From Gemmatimonadota bacterium (GTDB lineage Bacteria > Gemmatimonadota > Gemmatimonadetes > Palauibacterales > Palauibacteraceae), in contig JBDLJJ010000001.1 of NCBI GenBank assembly GCA_039714435.1, forward strand, positions 3,717-67,716: a stretch of DNA of 64,000 bases. The letters are read 5' to 3'. The notes beneath the pieces are model-generated. The model saw nothing but the letters and a program-made list of their open reading frames with translations. It was not told where the DNA came from and ran no database searches. Of the stretch, positions 45,444-55,072 are shown one piece after another. Numbering within the stretch: the first letter of the stretch is position 1; each line of letters opens with the position of its first letter. The position numbers and the translations under genes were made by a program.

Positions 45444-46634
45444 CTACGGGCGGCGAATCGAGATCGTAAGCGCCGTGCGGGTGAATGACTCCTCAAAGCC
45501 GGACACTGCCGCCTCCCCTCTCGAACCGACCTCGCCGGACAGGTCCAGCACGGCCTTTCCACCAGCCGTCGAGAGTCCAAGCCCGAACGTAACTGCGGTC
45601 TCTCTGGCCTGCCGCCTCCCGATCGGAAAGAACGGAAGGTCCGCAAAACGGTACCCCAGGCGAAGCGGGACGCTAGCCGAACCCAACGTCAGATGGCTCC
45701 ATTCGATTCCGCCGCCGGCCCAGGTAACGCTCGCTACTCCGACGCTGTTGAAGTCGCCCTTGGCTCTGGACCACTGACTCCAGCCACCCGACGCGGCCAG
45801 CAGGAGCTTCGGAGACAGGCGCGCCGAACCGCCGAAAGCTACTTCGATGGGCATGTCGAACTGTTGCGTCACGCCTGTGTCCTGCTGGTCGGCCTCGAGC
45901 GCTGATGTCCGGCTCACCGAGCCGCCGATTCGAAACCGGCCATCGGCCTCCCAGGCCAGGCCACCTCTGATCCGGCTCGCGGCGTACGTCAGCCTCGAAA
46001 AGTCCTCCACCGGTGTCAGTGTGGGCATGACGCCCGTGGGGTCCGCTTCGAAGCGCCGCGATACGACCTGCCGCAGCGCCCCGAACACCGGCCCACCGGA
46101 GACACCGACGGTCAAAGGTCCCACGCGGCGGGCAAGCGATATGTCCAGGGAACTGATGCCGCCATCGTGTTCACGCTTCTCTTCGAAGGGGAATCGCCCG
46201 AAAGAGGTCACCAGGGTGTCGGGAAATACGACCAGAAAGTCCTGGTCCAGTTCGTTTCGCAGCCCCACTCCGACCACCCAGCGCCCGATCGGGACCACGG
46301 CCTGCATGAGACCGATCCGGCTTCGCTTGGCCTGATCTTCGCCGCCCGCCGTGACGAGAGTGATGCTTTCCGGATTCAGCGACAAGCCGATAACGTTGCC
46401 CGCGAAGCCCGTCAGGTCGGCGGGATTGAGAAGGTTGAGCGAGCCCCCCAGCAAGCCGACAGCCGCACCACCGAGCGCAGCCGTTCGCCCATCCGTGGCG
46501 GCCACGGGCGCCCCGAGTCCGAGCGACGTGACCGGCACCTGGGCCTCGAGCACGTCTGGATGTGCCATCAGGGCCAAACCCGACGCGAGAACGGACAAGG
46601 CCTGCAGGGCCAGGGGGCGTGGTGCGTTCATCAT
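45444..46634 (-). CDS. Uncharacterised secreted / outer-membrane beta-barrel-like protein.
   Basis: 396 aa with a signal peptide (LALQALSVLASGLALMA). It has alternating Gly/aromatic-rich amphipathic segments consistent with a beta-barrel (FadL/PorV-like size). Its start overlaps the upstream lipoprotein gene (ATGA). Confidence 0.4.
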   Translation of the reverse strand: MMNAPRPLALQALSVLASGLALMAHPDVLEAQVPVTSLGLGAPVAATDGRTAALGGAAVGLLGGSLNLLNPADLTGFAGNVIGLSLNPESITLVTAGGEDQAKRSRIGLMQAVVPIGRWVVGVGLRNELDQDFLVVFPDTLVTSFGRFPFEEKREHDGGISSLDISLARRVGPLTVGVSGGPVFGALRQVVSRRFEADPTGVMPTLTPVEDFSRLTYAASRIRGGLAWEADGRFRIGGSVSRTSALEADQQDTGVTQQFDMPIEVAFGGSARLSPKLLLAASGGWSQWSRAKGDFNSVGVASVTWAGGGIEWSHLTLGSASVPLRLGYRFADLPFFPIGRRQARETAVTFGLGLSTAGGKAVLDLSGEVGSRGEAAVSGFEESFTRTALTISIRRP

Positions 46635-47893
46635 GGCAGCTCGAACTCGGTGGGTGGTGTCACGATGAGGCGCAGTCCGGGCTGGAAAGCCGGCGCCGAT
46701 TGAGAAGATCCGAACTCCCAGCGTCCGAGCGTCGTCCCTTCGGGAATCGTTCGCAGACCTAAATTAATAAACTGGATCGTGTCGTTGCTCGACCAGCGCT
46801 GCAACAGGGCCGTGGCAGGAAACTCCAGACTCACACCAGCCGCCAGAGAATCGGGATCGAGAACTTCCGCTCCGAGCCCCAGATTGGGTCCAACCGGCAC
46901 CTTTTCTCCTTCGGTGAGCGGATCTCCGGTTACTTCGAAAGCACCAGCGGCAATCGACTGGGTCAGTGCGAACGGGTCCGTGGGAGTAGCCAGCGGGCGG
47001 AGCTGGAACACCGCGTCGTTGATCACCGCGCCTCGAAGCGCGAAACCCGCCACAGATTCCGGAATTTGAAACCTTATGTACGCCCGGGCGGCCGGAAGAC
47101 CTCCGAGCCGCAGACCGAGGCCGACTGCAGGCGGCGGCGGATCGAAAATGAATGTCTGCTCGGAAGGGGTTCGCGCTACCTGAACGACCGTGTCGCCCGC
47201 CGCGGCGCCCAACAGCAGGGCCGTCGCCGACACCTGTAGCACTACACCACGGGCCTCCATGGAGAGCGCCAGACCGGGTTCGCCATCGGTGGCCCTCCAG
47301 GCCGTGAAGAGAGAGTCGATGTTGCCCGACAGGGGAACGAAAATCGTGTCGGGAAAGGTCTCCGCAGTCAGAGTGTCGAGGTCAAGCGTGCCCAGGAGCG
47401 CGCCCAGGTCTCCCCCAGGGATCATCCAGGGGACGCCAGCCGAGGCCTCGCTCCAGGTCGCCTCTCGTTCCACGAAAGAACCGTCCAGGCTGAAGGCCGA
47501 AAGCGAGAACGGGGCAGCGAAAGCGGAATCAGGCAGGACCGAGAGAACGGTATCCACCACGAGCCTCAGGGACGCTGCAACGAACGAGTCGACCGCAACC
47601 CGAAGCGTCGTGTCGACCTGCACCGAGTCGGGAATGGTCGAGAACCGCGCCAGCATGCGCGAATCCAGACCGTCTTGATCCGCTACTATGCTGAACGGCG
47701 CCGCGCCCGGGATCGCGTAGCCGACATATGTCGTGTCTTCAAACGACACGAAGTCAGCCGCCCGAAGCTCGATTTCTACGGTTGGCGCCGAGCTCCCTGG
47801 AGCGTCTTCCGGGGAGACATCCGTAATCGCGTCCTCGGTGCAACCGGCCGCCGTCAGCAGCGAGAACAAAATCGCCGCACGTATACGGGTCAC
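46631..47893 (-). CDS. Uncharacterised lipoprotein.
   Basis: 420 aa with MTRIRAAILFSLLTAAGCTEDA (lipobox) and no recognisable catalytic motifs. It is co-transcribed with the downstream beta-barrel-like gene. Confidence 0.45.
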   Translation of the reverse strand: MTRIRAAILFSLLTAAGCTEDAITDVSPEDAPGSSAPTVEIELRAADFVSFEDTTYVGYAIPGAAPFSIVADQDGLDSRMLARFSTIPDSVQVDTTLRVAVDSFVAASLRLVVDTVLSVLPDSAFAAPFSLSAFSLDGSFVEREATWSEASAGVPWMIPGGDLGALLGTLDLDTLTAETFPDTIFVPLSGNIDSLFTAWRATDGEPGLALSMEARGVVLQVSATALLLGAAAGDTVVQVARTPSEQTFIFDPPPPAVGLGLRLGGLPAARAYIRFQIPESVAGFALRGAVINDAVFQLRPLATPTDPFALTQSIAAGAFEVTGDPLTEGEKVPVGPNLGLGAEVLDPDSLAAGVSLEFPATALLQRWSSNDTIQFINLGLRTIPEGTTLGRWEFGSSQSAPAFQPGLRLIVTPPTEFELP

Positions 47894-48306
47894 GGTAGCT
47901 GGCCCGGACCGAAATGTCCCGGTAGAAGCTCGCTCAAGCCCCAGGACTGTCTGGCGCCGGATGTTCCCTCACTGATCACCTCGAGGTCGACTCCGAACTC
48001 CGACAGCGCCTGTCTGCACATTCCGCAGGGCGTGACAGGATCCGCGCCGCTGGAACATATGAAGATCTTTCGGAATCTTTTGGCCCCGGCGGCGACTGCC
48101 GCTCCGAGAGCAACACGCTCGGCGCACACGGATACCGGGTAGGAAGCATTTTCCACATTGCAACCCCCGAATACTCGACCGTCTTCCGCCTCCAGGGCCG
48201 CACCCACATGAAATTTCGAATATGGTGCATAGGCGCGTTCCATAGCCTGGTGCGCGCATGTTGCCAGCTCTGCTATGTCCAGGTCCGTCTCCTCCCTAGT
48301 CTTCAC
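47890..48306 (-). CDS. cdd: Cytidine deaminase.
   Basis: 138 aa with Zn-binding CAERVA and PCGMCRQ motifs. Confidence 0.8.
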   Translation of the reverse strand: MKTREETDLDIAELATCAHQAMERAYAPYSKFHVGAALEAEDGRVFGGCNVENASYPVSVCAERVALGAAVAAGAKRFRKIFICSSGADPVTPCGMCRQALSEFGVDLEVISEGTSGARQSWGLSELLPGHFGPGQLP

Positions 48307-48324
48307 CTAGTGTTCAGATATCTG

Positions 48325-49464
48325 TCACGACTCGTCGCCGACCTCCAGGCGGGGCAAGCGGGCCGCCCAGCCTGTGAGAATCTCATAACCGATCGTCCCA
48401 CTGGCCTGAGCGAGCTTTTCAAGGCCGATGGAGCTCTGTCCATCGTTACCGAGGAACGTGACGATATCGCCTCTTCTCACGCCCGGAATCCCCGTCACGT
48501 CCAGGACAGTCGAATCCATACACACCGCGCCCCTGATCGGTGCCACCTGGCCGGCGACCAGGGCGCTGCCGCTGTTCGACAGCCGCCACGGAAGCCCGTC
48601 TCCGTACCCTATGGCCACCGTGGCGAGCCGTCCATCCTCCGGCGCTGTGTACGTGGCGCCATAGCTCACCGTCTGTCCGGCCCGAACATCTCTCACGCCC
48701 GCGACTCGCGCCCTGACCGACAGGACTGGACGCGGCGCCTCAGCGCCGGCAACCGCGCCTCCGTACAGAAAGTACCCGGTTCGGACGACGTCAGCCGTGA
48801 GCGACGGATACAGGATCGACGCCGCGCTGTTGGCTGCGTGCACGAAACCCGGCTTGACACCCGACTCCCGCATGGCCTCTACGACCCGCTCAAACCGGCT
48901 CCACTGGATCTGCGTGGCCCGTTCGTCCGCTCCGGCCGAGTGGAAGTGCGTAAACGTGCTGCCCAGGTGCAAGCGCCCGCCATCTACGTGCCTGGCCAGA
49001 TCGGCAATCCAACTGTCGGGGTCCTCCCAACCGAAGCCGCTCCGGCTCATTCCCGTATCGATCTCGACATGAACGGTCGGGACCAGGCCGCGTTCCCGCC
49101 CTGCTGCGGCCAACGACTCAGCGGCCGCTATGTCGGGCAACGCTGGCTCCAGACGTTCACCTAGTAGGGCTGCCAGCTCGGTGGGCAGGGTCGGAGCGAA
49201 CACGAGTACCCTTCCGGCCCAGCCCGCACTGCGAAGAGATGCTCCCTCGGCCGCGGTCGCCACACCGAATCCCCACGGGCCCAGTGGTCCGAGTGTCCGC
49301 ATCACCCACTCGGCACCAAGTCCGTATCCGTCTGCCTTGACCATTGGCACTACCTGACAACCAGCCGGGAGATGCGTCTCAATCTGCCGGTAGTTTGCAC
49401 ACAACGCGCCAGAGTCCACTTCGACCCAGGCGCGTTCTCGACCATCGTTTGACACTGTTTTCAA
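48325..49464 (-). CDS. alr: Alanine racemase.
   Basis: 379 aa with a PLP-Lys motif VVPMVKADGYGLG and an alanine-racemase C-terminal domain. Its TTG start lies only 23 bp from the divergent mazG ATG. Confidence 0.85.
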   Translation of the reverse strand: MKTVSNDGRERAWVEVDSGALCANYRQIETHLPAGCQVVPMVKADGYGLGAEWVMRTLGPLGPWGFGVATAAEGASLRSAGWAGRVLVFAPTLPTELAALLGERLEPALPDIAAAESLAAAGRERGLVPTVHVEIDTGMSRSGFGWEDPDSWIADLARHVDGGRLHLGSTFTHFHSAGADERATQIQWSRFERVVEAMRESGVKPGFVHAANSAASILYPSLTADVVRTGYFLYGGAVAGAEAPRPVLSVRARVAGVRDVRAGQTVSYGATYTAPEDGRLATVAIGYGDGLPWRLSNSGSALVAGQVAPIRGAVCMDSTVLDVTGIPGVRRGDIVTFLGNDGQSSIGLEKLAQASGTIGYEILTGWAARLPRLEVGDES

Positions 49465-49487
49465 GGCCGGCGTAGTATACCCGCCGC

Positions 49488-50306
49488 ATGTCTAGCGAGC
49501 AACAGATTCCCCAGTCAGCCGGCGGGCCCGCCCCTCACCCTGATGCGGCCCGGCCGCAAGACGAAAGTCTCGGCCGAGCGCTGGCCCTGGTCCGCTTCCT
49601 GCGCTCCGCATGTGAGTGGGACGCGGCTCAGACGCCGGCCAGCCTTAGACCTTACCTGATAGAAGAGGCGCAGGAGGTGGCCCAGGCGATTCTCAGGGGC
49701 TCAGACGACGATCTCCGAGACGAACTCGGAGACCTGCTCCTGAACGTGGCCTTTCAACTTGTTCTAGCGGAGGAGCGGGACGCTTTCACGAGTAATGACG
49801 TGGTCGCGAGCCTGGAAGCCAAGATGCGGCGCCGGCATCCTCATCTGTATGGAGACGCTTCATCAAATCCAGGCTGGGAGAAGCTGAAGGCAGCGGAGCG
49901 CACTGAGCAGGATCCTTTTGACGGGATGCCAGACGCGCTCGAGCCTCTTAACCGGGCCCTCAGGCTCCAGGATCGCGCCGCTGCACTCCGGTTCGATTGG
50001 CCCGATCACTCTGGCCCGGCTTCCAAGCTACGAGAAGAATTGCTCGAACTCGAAGAAGCCGTGCGGGGAGACGAGAGCGGCAGTGAGGTCGAAGAAGAGC
50101 TGGGAGACATTCTGTTCACAGCCGTGAACCTGGCACGCCTGCTGGGCGTTCATCCAGCAGTGGCGCTGGACGCGGCATCCGACAAGTTCGCCCGGCGCTT
50201 CAAGCATCTTGTGCGGCGCGCCAACGAGCAGGGCCTCGACATGGAGTGCGCCGAGCTGGAGGAGCTCGAAGCGATCTGGCTGGCCGTAAAGAGAACCGAG
50301 GCCTGA
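49488..50306 (+). CDS. mazG: Nucleoside triphosphate pyrophosphohydrolase MazG.
   Basis: 272 aa with two MazG EExxE/D repeats (EEAQEVAQAI...ELGDLLLNVAF; EELGDILFTAVNLARL). Confidence 0.85.
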   Translation: MSSEQQIPQSAGGPAPHPDAARPQDESLGRALALVRFLRSACEWDAAQTPASLRPYLIEEAQEVAQAILRGSDDDLRDELGDLLLNVAFQLVLAEERDAFTSNDVVASLEAKMRRRHPHLYGDASSNPGWEKLKAAERTEQDPFDGMPDALEPLNRALRLQDRAAALRFDWPDHSGPASKLREELLELEEAVRGDESGSEVEEELGDILFTAVNLARLLGVHPAVALDAASDKFARRFKHLVRRANEQGLDMECAELEELEAIWLAVKRTEA

Positions 50307-50337
50307 GCCAGGCCTCAGTTCCAGTTCTGGTCGGGGT

Positions 50338-50610
50338 TTAGCCCCCCGTAAGCTGCCGGACCTGCCGCTGGCCTTTCTTCACGCCTGCTACCACCGCACC
50401 ACCCAGGATCAACGGCACTCCGAATCCGGTCAGCGGAGTAATGGCGACTACCGCTCCGGTCAGCAGCGCCGCGGCACCACCCGCCAGCCATGGCGCGCGA
50501 CGTCCCTGAGCCGCGTCCACGAATCTGAGGCGATTTCGAACGTAGTCACGCGTGCGTGTATATGTGGCGTATGCGCCGGCGCCCAATAGGGCTAGTAAGA
50601 CAGCTTCCAT
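50338..50610 (-). CDS. Small hypothetical membrane protein.
   Basis: 90 aa with two predicted TM helices and no recognisable motif. It may be spurious. Confidence 0.3.
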   Translation of the reverse strand: MEAVLLALLGAGAYATYTRTRDYVRNRLRFVDAAQGRRAPWLAGGAAALLTGAVVAITPLTGFGVPLILGGAVVAGVKKGQRQVRQLTGG

Positions 50611-50699
50611 TATTTTGTCTCCTCTCTACACCGCTGTACGCGCCGAGAGAGCCAAAAGTTGCATCTCGCCCCGCCGAGCCTGAGGGATAACGCTACCCA

Positions 50700-51992
50700 T
50701 CAGGGATTGAGGCGATTCATGAGGCGCGGGAACGGAATCGCCTCGCGCAGATGGGGAAGGCCGCAGATCCAGCTTATCGTTCGCTCCAGGCCGAGCCCGA
50801 AGCCGCTGTGCGGAAACGAACCATACTTCCGCAGGTCCAGGTACCAGTCATACTCGGCCTCCGGCAAACCCTCTTCCCTGATGCGGGCCAGGAGCCTGTC
50901 GTGATCGTCCTCGCGCTGGCTTCCTCCGATGATCTCCCCATACCCCTCCGGAGCGAGCAGATCGTTACACTTCACCGTGCGCGGGTCCTCCGGGTTTTCC
51001 TTCATGTAGAAGGCTTTGGCCTGTTTGGGGTAATCATACACGAAAACTGGCCGATCCCGGTCGGATGTGAGAAGAGTCTCGTCCTCTCCTCCCAGGTCGT
51101 CGCCCCACGTCACGTCGCTTCCCCTGGCCTGAAGAAGCTCGACAGCCTCCGTATAGCTCATGCGCCCGAAGGGTGAGACAATCTTTTCCAGCACCTCCCG
51201 GTCTCGCCCCAATACTTCCAGTTCCGGTCCTTTTCGGTCCAGTACTCTGGCCACGATGTAGGTGACGAACTCCTCCTGAAGCGCCATGTTGCCGTCGCTG
51301 TCGAGCCATGCGACCTCCGGCTCCACCATCCAGAACTCGGTGAGATGTCTTCTGGTCTTGGACTTTTCGGCCCGGAAAGTGGGGCCGAAACAGTACACTT
51401 TCCCGAACGCGGCAGCGCCCGCTTCCACGTACAACTGGCCTGTCTGGGCCAGATACGCCTTGCCCAGATCGAAGTACTCCGTCTCGAACAAGGTCCCCGC
51501 TGACTCTCCGATCGAGCCGGTGAGGATAGGCGTGTCGATGAGCGTAAACTCTCTCTCATAGAAGAAGTCGCGGATCGCCTTCACTACCTCGTCGCGAATC
51601 CGCAGCACGGCGTGAGGCCGCTTGTGCCGCATCCAGAGATGCCGCTTGTTGTGGAGAAAATCGGGGCCGTGCTCCTTCGGCTGGATGGGGTACTCGTCCG
51701 AGCTTCCGACCAGGCCTACCTCGGTGGCCGTGACTTCCACGCCGCCCGGCGCTCTAGTGTCCTCGCGCACCGTGCCCCGGATTTCGACGCTGGCCTCGAT
51801 GCTCAGGGCTTTGACCGTCTCCCACGAAGCGTCGTCCAGATCGTCCCGCGCCGCGATGACCTGCACGATACCCGTACCATCCCGGAACTGGAGAAAAGAG
51901 ATCTTACCGCTCGAGCGTAGCTGATGAATCCAGCCTCGGAGAGTCACCGATTCTCCGGTCTGAGTGGACAGGGATTTTATTGTGCAGTCCAT
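50700..51992 (-). CDS. asnS: Asparagine--tRNA ligase.
   Basis: It has class IIb motifs and a C-terminal GFGLGLERTISWICGLPHLREAIPFPR. The ATG at 51992 (MDCTIKSL..., matching the typical AsnRS N-terminus) is preferred over the track's 52070. Confidence 0.85.
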   Translation of the reverse strand: MDCTIKSLSTQTGESVTLRGWIHQLRSSGKISFLQFRDGTGIVQVIAARDDLDDASWETVKALSIEASVEIRGTVREDTRAPGGVEVTATEVGLVGSSDEYPIQPKEHGPDFLHNKRHLWMRHKRPHAVLRIRDEVVKAIRDFFYEREFTLIDTPILTGSIGESAGTLFETEYFDLGKAYLAQTGQLYVEAGAAAFGKVYCFGPTFRAEKSKTRRHLTEFWMVEPEVAWLDSDGNMALQEEFVTYIVARVLDRKGPELEVLGRDREVLEKIVSPFGRMSYTEAVELLQARGSDVTWGDDLGGEDETLLTSDRDRPVFVYDYPKQAKAFYMKENPEDPRTVKCNDLLAPEGYGEIIGGSQREDDHDRLLARIREEGLPEAEYDWYLDLRKYGSFPHSGFGLGLERTISWICGLPHLREAIPFPRLMNRLNP

Positions 51993-52076
51993 AGATTCCG
52001 TGACCCGGGGCGTCGATTGTGTGTTCTGAGGAGCGGCGGCGAAGCTAGGCCTGTGCTGCGAGGCCGTCAACGCCGG

Positions 52077-54158
52077 TCAGCCCACGCTAAACAGGGCTTC
52101 TTGATCAGGGTAGTGCTCGGCCAGCTCTCTGGCGAAGCCACGATTGGGGACACTCGTCAGGTCAGGGTCGGCTGCTACCAACGCGCGGGCCCTTTCTCGA
52201 GCCCGCATGAGCAGATCTACGTCCCGTTCCAGGTCGGCGAAGCGGAGGCGCGCGATCCCGTGCTGCTCCGCCCCGAACAGGTTGCCTTCTCCGCGCAGGC
52301 GCAGATCCTCGCGGGCCAGCTCGAACCCGTCCTGACTGCGTTGGAAGGCAGCCAGCCGGTCGGGGATCTGCGCAGATGAGTGGAGGGCCACGCAGTAGCT
52401 CTGCGCACTTCCCCGCCCCACGCGGCCGCGCAGCTGGTGAAGCTGGGCCAGCCCGAAACGCTCGGCGTTCTCGATCAGCATGACGCTCGCGTTGGGCACA
52501 TCGATGCCTACTTCGATCACGGTGGTGGCGACCAGGACCTGCACTTCACCCGCCAGAAAGCTCCGCATGACAGCCTCTTTTTCGGACCCGCTCATTCGGC
52601 CGTGAAGCAGCGCCACCGAGTGAGGGGCGAGGCGCTCGGCCAGCGTGCCCGCCATTTCGGTAGCGGATCTGGCGTCGATGGCGGCCGAGTCCTCGACAAG
52701 CGGGTACACGACGTATCCCTGGCAACCCTCATCGAGCTGCTCGCGCAGGAAGTCGAAGGCCTTTTCTCGCGCGCCGGGGCCCCTCACGCCGGTGACGATT
52801 TTCTTTCTGCCGGGCGGCATTTGGTCGATAATCGACTGATCCAGGTCGCCATACAGGGTGAGAGCGAGCGAGCGCGGAATCGGAGTCGCAGACATGACGA
52901 GAGTGTCAGACCCGCTCCCGGCGTCACGCAGTTCGCGCCGCTGCTCGACGCCGAACCGGTGCTGCTCGTCGATGACCACACAGCCCAGACGATCGAACAC
53001 GACGGTCGGCTGAAGCAGAGCGTGCGTACCGACGACGAGCAGCAGACTGCCTGACGCGAGTCCGGCTAGCACCGACCGGCGTTCCTCACCGGTCACCGAG
53101 CTCGTCAGCAGGGAGATAGCGGGCCCCTCGTCGCCAAGCAGCGACCGAACCGTTCGCAGGTGCTGCTCGGCCAGGAGCTCGGTGGGAGCCATCAGCGCCG
53201 CCTGGGCTCCGTTTTCAGCCGCCTTGAGCATGGCCAGAATCGCCACGACCGTCTTGCCGCTTCCCACATCCCCCTGGAGCAGGCGGTACATGCGGCGCGC
53301 ACTTTCCATATCCCGCCGGATTTCATCCCAGACCCGCTCCTGCGCGGGAGTGAGCTCGAAGGAAAGGTTGGCCCGAAACGGCTCCGTAAGATCCGGCGGT
53401 CCGACATAGGCCGTGCCCGCCCTGTCGGCTCGCCGGCCGCGGCCGACCCGCGCATGGAGGAGCTGAATGAAGAACAGTTCCTCGAAGGCCAGGCGCCTTC
53501 TGCTCCGCTCTACCCTGGCTAGAGACTCGGGGTTGTGCAGGTCCCTCAGGGCCTCCTGCAGGGTCGGCAGGTCGAATTCTGTGCGCCACTCGTCCGGAAG
53601 TAGCTCCCGGTCCCCGACCTCTTCCAGAAGCGGCTCCAGGTTGTCCTCGAGAATCGTGCGGATCTGACGGTGGCTGAGACCCTCGGTGGCCGGATATACG
53701 GGAAAGACCCGTCCCTCGGTCTCGAACTGCTCTGACTCGCGGGCCAGGACGGTATACTCGCGGGGCCGGAACTGCCGTCCGTGGTAGAAGTGAACCGAAC
53801 CCGAGACGAGCATCGCGTCGCCCCGGGAGATGCTCCTGTCGAGCCACGGCTGCCCGGGCCAGGCGCACTCGATCAGTCCAGAAGAATCTCGCAGCACGGC
53901 GCGGAAAATCCGCAGGCCGCGGCGGGTGGGAAGAACTCCCTTGGAGACGACCCGCCCGATTATCGTGGCCTCGTCTCCGATGGCCAGGGTGCCGATCTCC
54001 CGAACGGTCGTAGCGTCTTCATATCGGTGCGGGATGTGATACAGGAGATCTCTGGCGGTCAGGATGCCGAGGCGGGCGAAGCGCTCCGCTCGCCTGGGAC
54101 CTACCCCGGCCAGGTACTGGACGGGCTTCTGAAGGAGCGAGCGCGTTCCGCTCTTCAC
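52077..54158 (-). CDS. recG: ATP-dependent DNA helicase RecG.
   Basis: 693 aa with an N-terminal wedge/OB domain, Walker A GDVGSGKTVVA, a DEQH box, and helicase motifs. Confidence 0.9.
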   Translation of the reverse strand: MKSGTRSLLQKPVQYLAGVGPRRAERFARLGILTARDLLYHIPHRYEDATTVREIGTLAIGDEATIIGRVVSKGVLPTRRGLRIFRAVLRDSSGLIECAWPGQPWLDRSISRGDAMLVSGSVHFYHGRQFRPREYTVLARESEQFETEGRVFPVYPATEGLSHRQIRTILEDNLEPLLEEVGDRELLPDEWRTEFDLPTLQEALRDLHNPESLARVERSRRRLAFEELFFIQLLHARVGRGRRADRAGTAYVGPPDLTEPFRANLSFELTPAQERVWDEIRRDMESARRMYRLLQGDVGSGKTVVAILAMLKAAENGAQAALMAPTELLAEQHLRTVRSLLGDEGPAISLLTSSVTGEERRSVLAGLASGSLLLVVGTHALLQPTVVFDRLGCVVIDEQHRFGVEQRRELRDAGSGSDTLVMSATPIPRSLALTLYGDLDQSIIDQMPPGRKKIVTGVRGPGAREKAFDFLREQLDEGCQGYVVYPLVEDSAAIDARSATEMAGTLAERLAPHSVALLHGRMSGSEKEAVMRSFLAGEVQVLVATTVIEVGIDVPNASVMLIENAERFGLAQLHQLRGRVGRGSAQSYCVALHSSAQIPDRLAAFQRSQDGFELAREDLRLRGEGNLFGAEQHGIARLRFADLERDVDLLMRARERARALVAADPDLTSVPNRGFARELAEHYPDQEALFSVG

Positions 54159-55072
54159 GAGCTGAGTAGTTTCTCCACGTAACGGTCACTGTCGAAGGGG
54201 ATCAAGTCTGCGGTCGTCTCACCCAGACCAACATAGCACACCGGCAGGCCGAGTTCCTGGACCACTGCGGCAGCGGTTCCACCCCGGGCCGTGCTGTCGT
54301 ACTTGGACAGAACAAGCCCGGTAAGATCCAGTCGGGATCCGAAATCTCTGGCCTGCTGAAGAACGTTCTGGCCTGACGTGGCGTCCACCACGAGAAGTCT
54401 CTCGTGCGGCGCCCCCGAAATCTGGCGGCATAATACGCGGTCAATCTTGTCGAGTTCGTCCATCAGGTCACGCTGTGTATGAAGGCGGCCGGCCGTGTCC
54501 ACTATCAGATGGTCTATCCCGCGCGCCCGAGCCGCTTCCGCCGCATCGTAAGCCACCGACGCCGGATCCGCGCCGGGTTGTCCCCCTACCATGCCGACGT
54601 CGAGTTCGCCGGCCCACCTCCGGAGTTGCTCCTGAGCCCCACTTCGAAACGTGTCGGTCGCCGCGAGCAGGACCGAGCGCCCCTCCGATTTCGATCTGTA
54701 GGCCAGCTTCGCGGCTGTGGTAGTCTTTCCGGTGCCGTTTACGCCCAGGAGCAGAGTGACGAACACGCCGCCTGTATCCGGCCACTCGGCAGAGCACGTG
54801 GCTGCGGACAGGACCGCTCGGATTCGGCTCCCAAGCATGGTTCGAACCTCGGCCTGAGACCGGATCTTGCCCCGTGTGATGTCCTGCTCGAGCTGGCCTA
54901 CGAGCTGTTCCGTAAGTTCCACCCCGAAGTCGGCCTCCAGTAATATTCTTTCCAGCTCATCCAGAGTATCCGCGTCTACGCCACGGGCCAGCGTTTCGAT
55001 ATCCGCTAGAGCGACGTCGACGATCTTCTGCCACAGAGACCGCTTCTGCCGCAGTCTTCCAATATCGTTCAC
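54155..55072 (-). CDS. ftsY: Signal recognition particle receptor FtsY.
   Basis: It has an NG domain with GVNGTGKTTTAAKLA. The start is set at the GTG at 55072, which forms a GTGA overlap with the stop of the upstream VWA gene. The track's 55141 start would overlap that gene by 72 nt. Confidence 0.85.
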   Translation of the reverse strand: MNDIGRLRQKRSLWQKIVDVALADIETLARGVDADTLDELERILLEADFGVELTEQLVGQLEQDITRGKIRSQAEVRTMLGSRIRAVLSAATCSAEWPDTGGVFVTLLLGVNGTGKTTTAAKLAYRSKSEGRSVLLAATDTFRSGAQEQLRRWAGELDVGMVGGQPGADPASVAYDAAEAARARGIDHLIVDTAGRLHTQRDLMDELDKIDRVLCRQISGAPHERLLVVDATSGQNVLQQARDFGSRLDLTGLVLSKYDSTARGGTAAAVVQELGLPVCYVGLGETTADLIPFDSDRYVEKLLSS

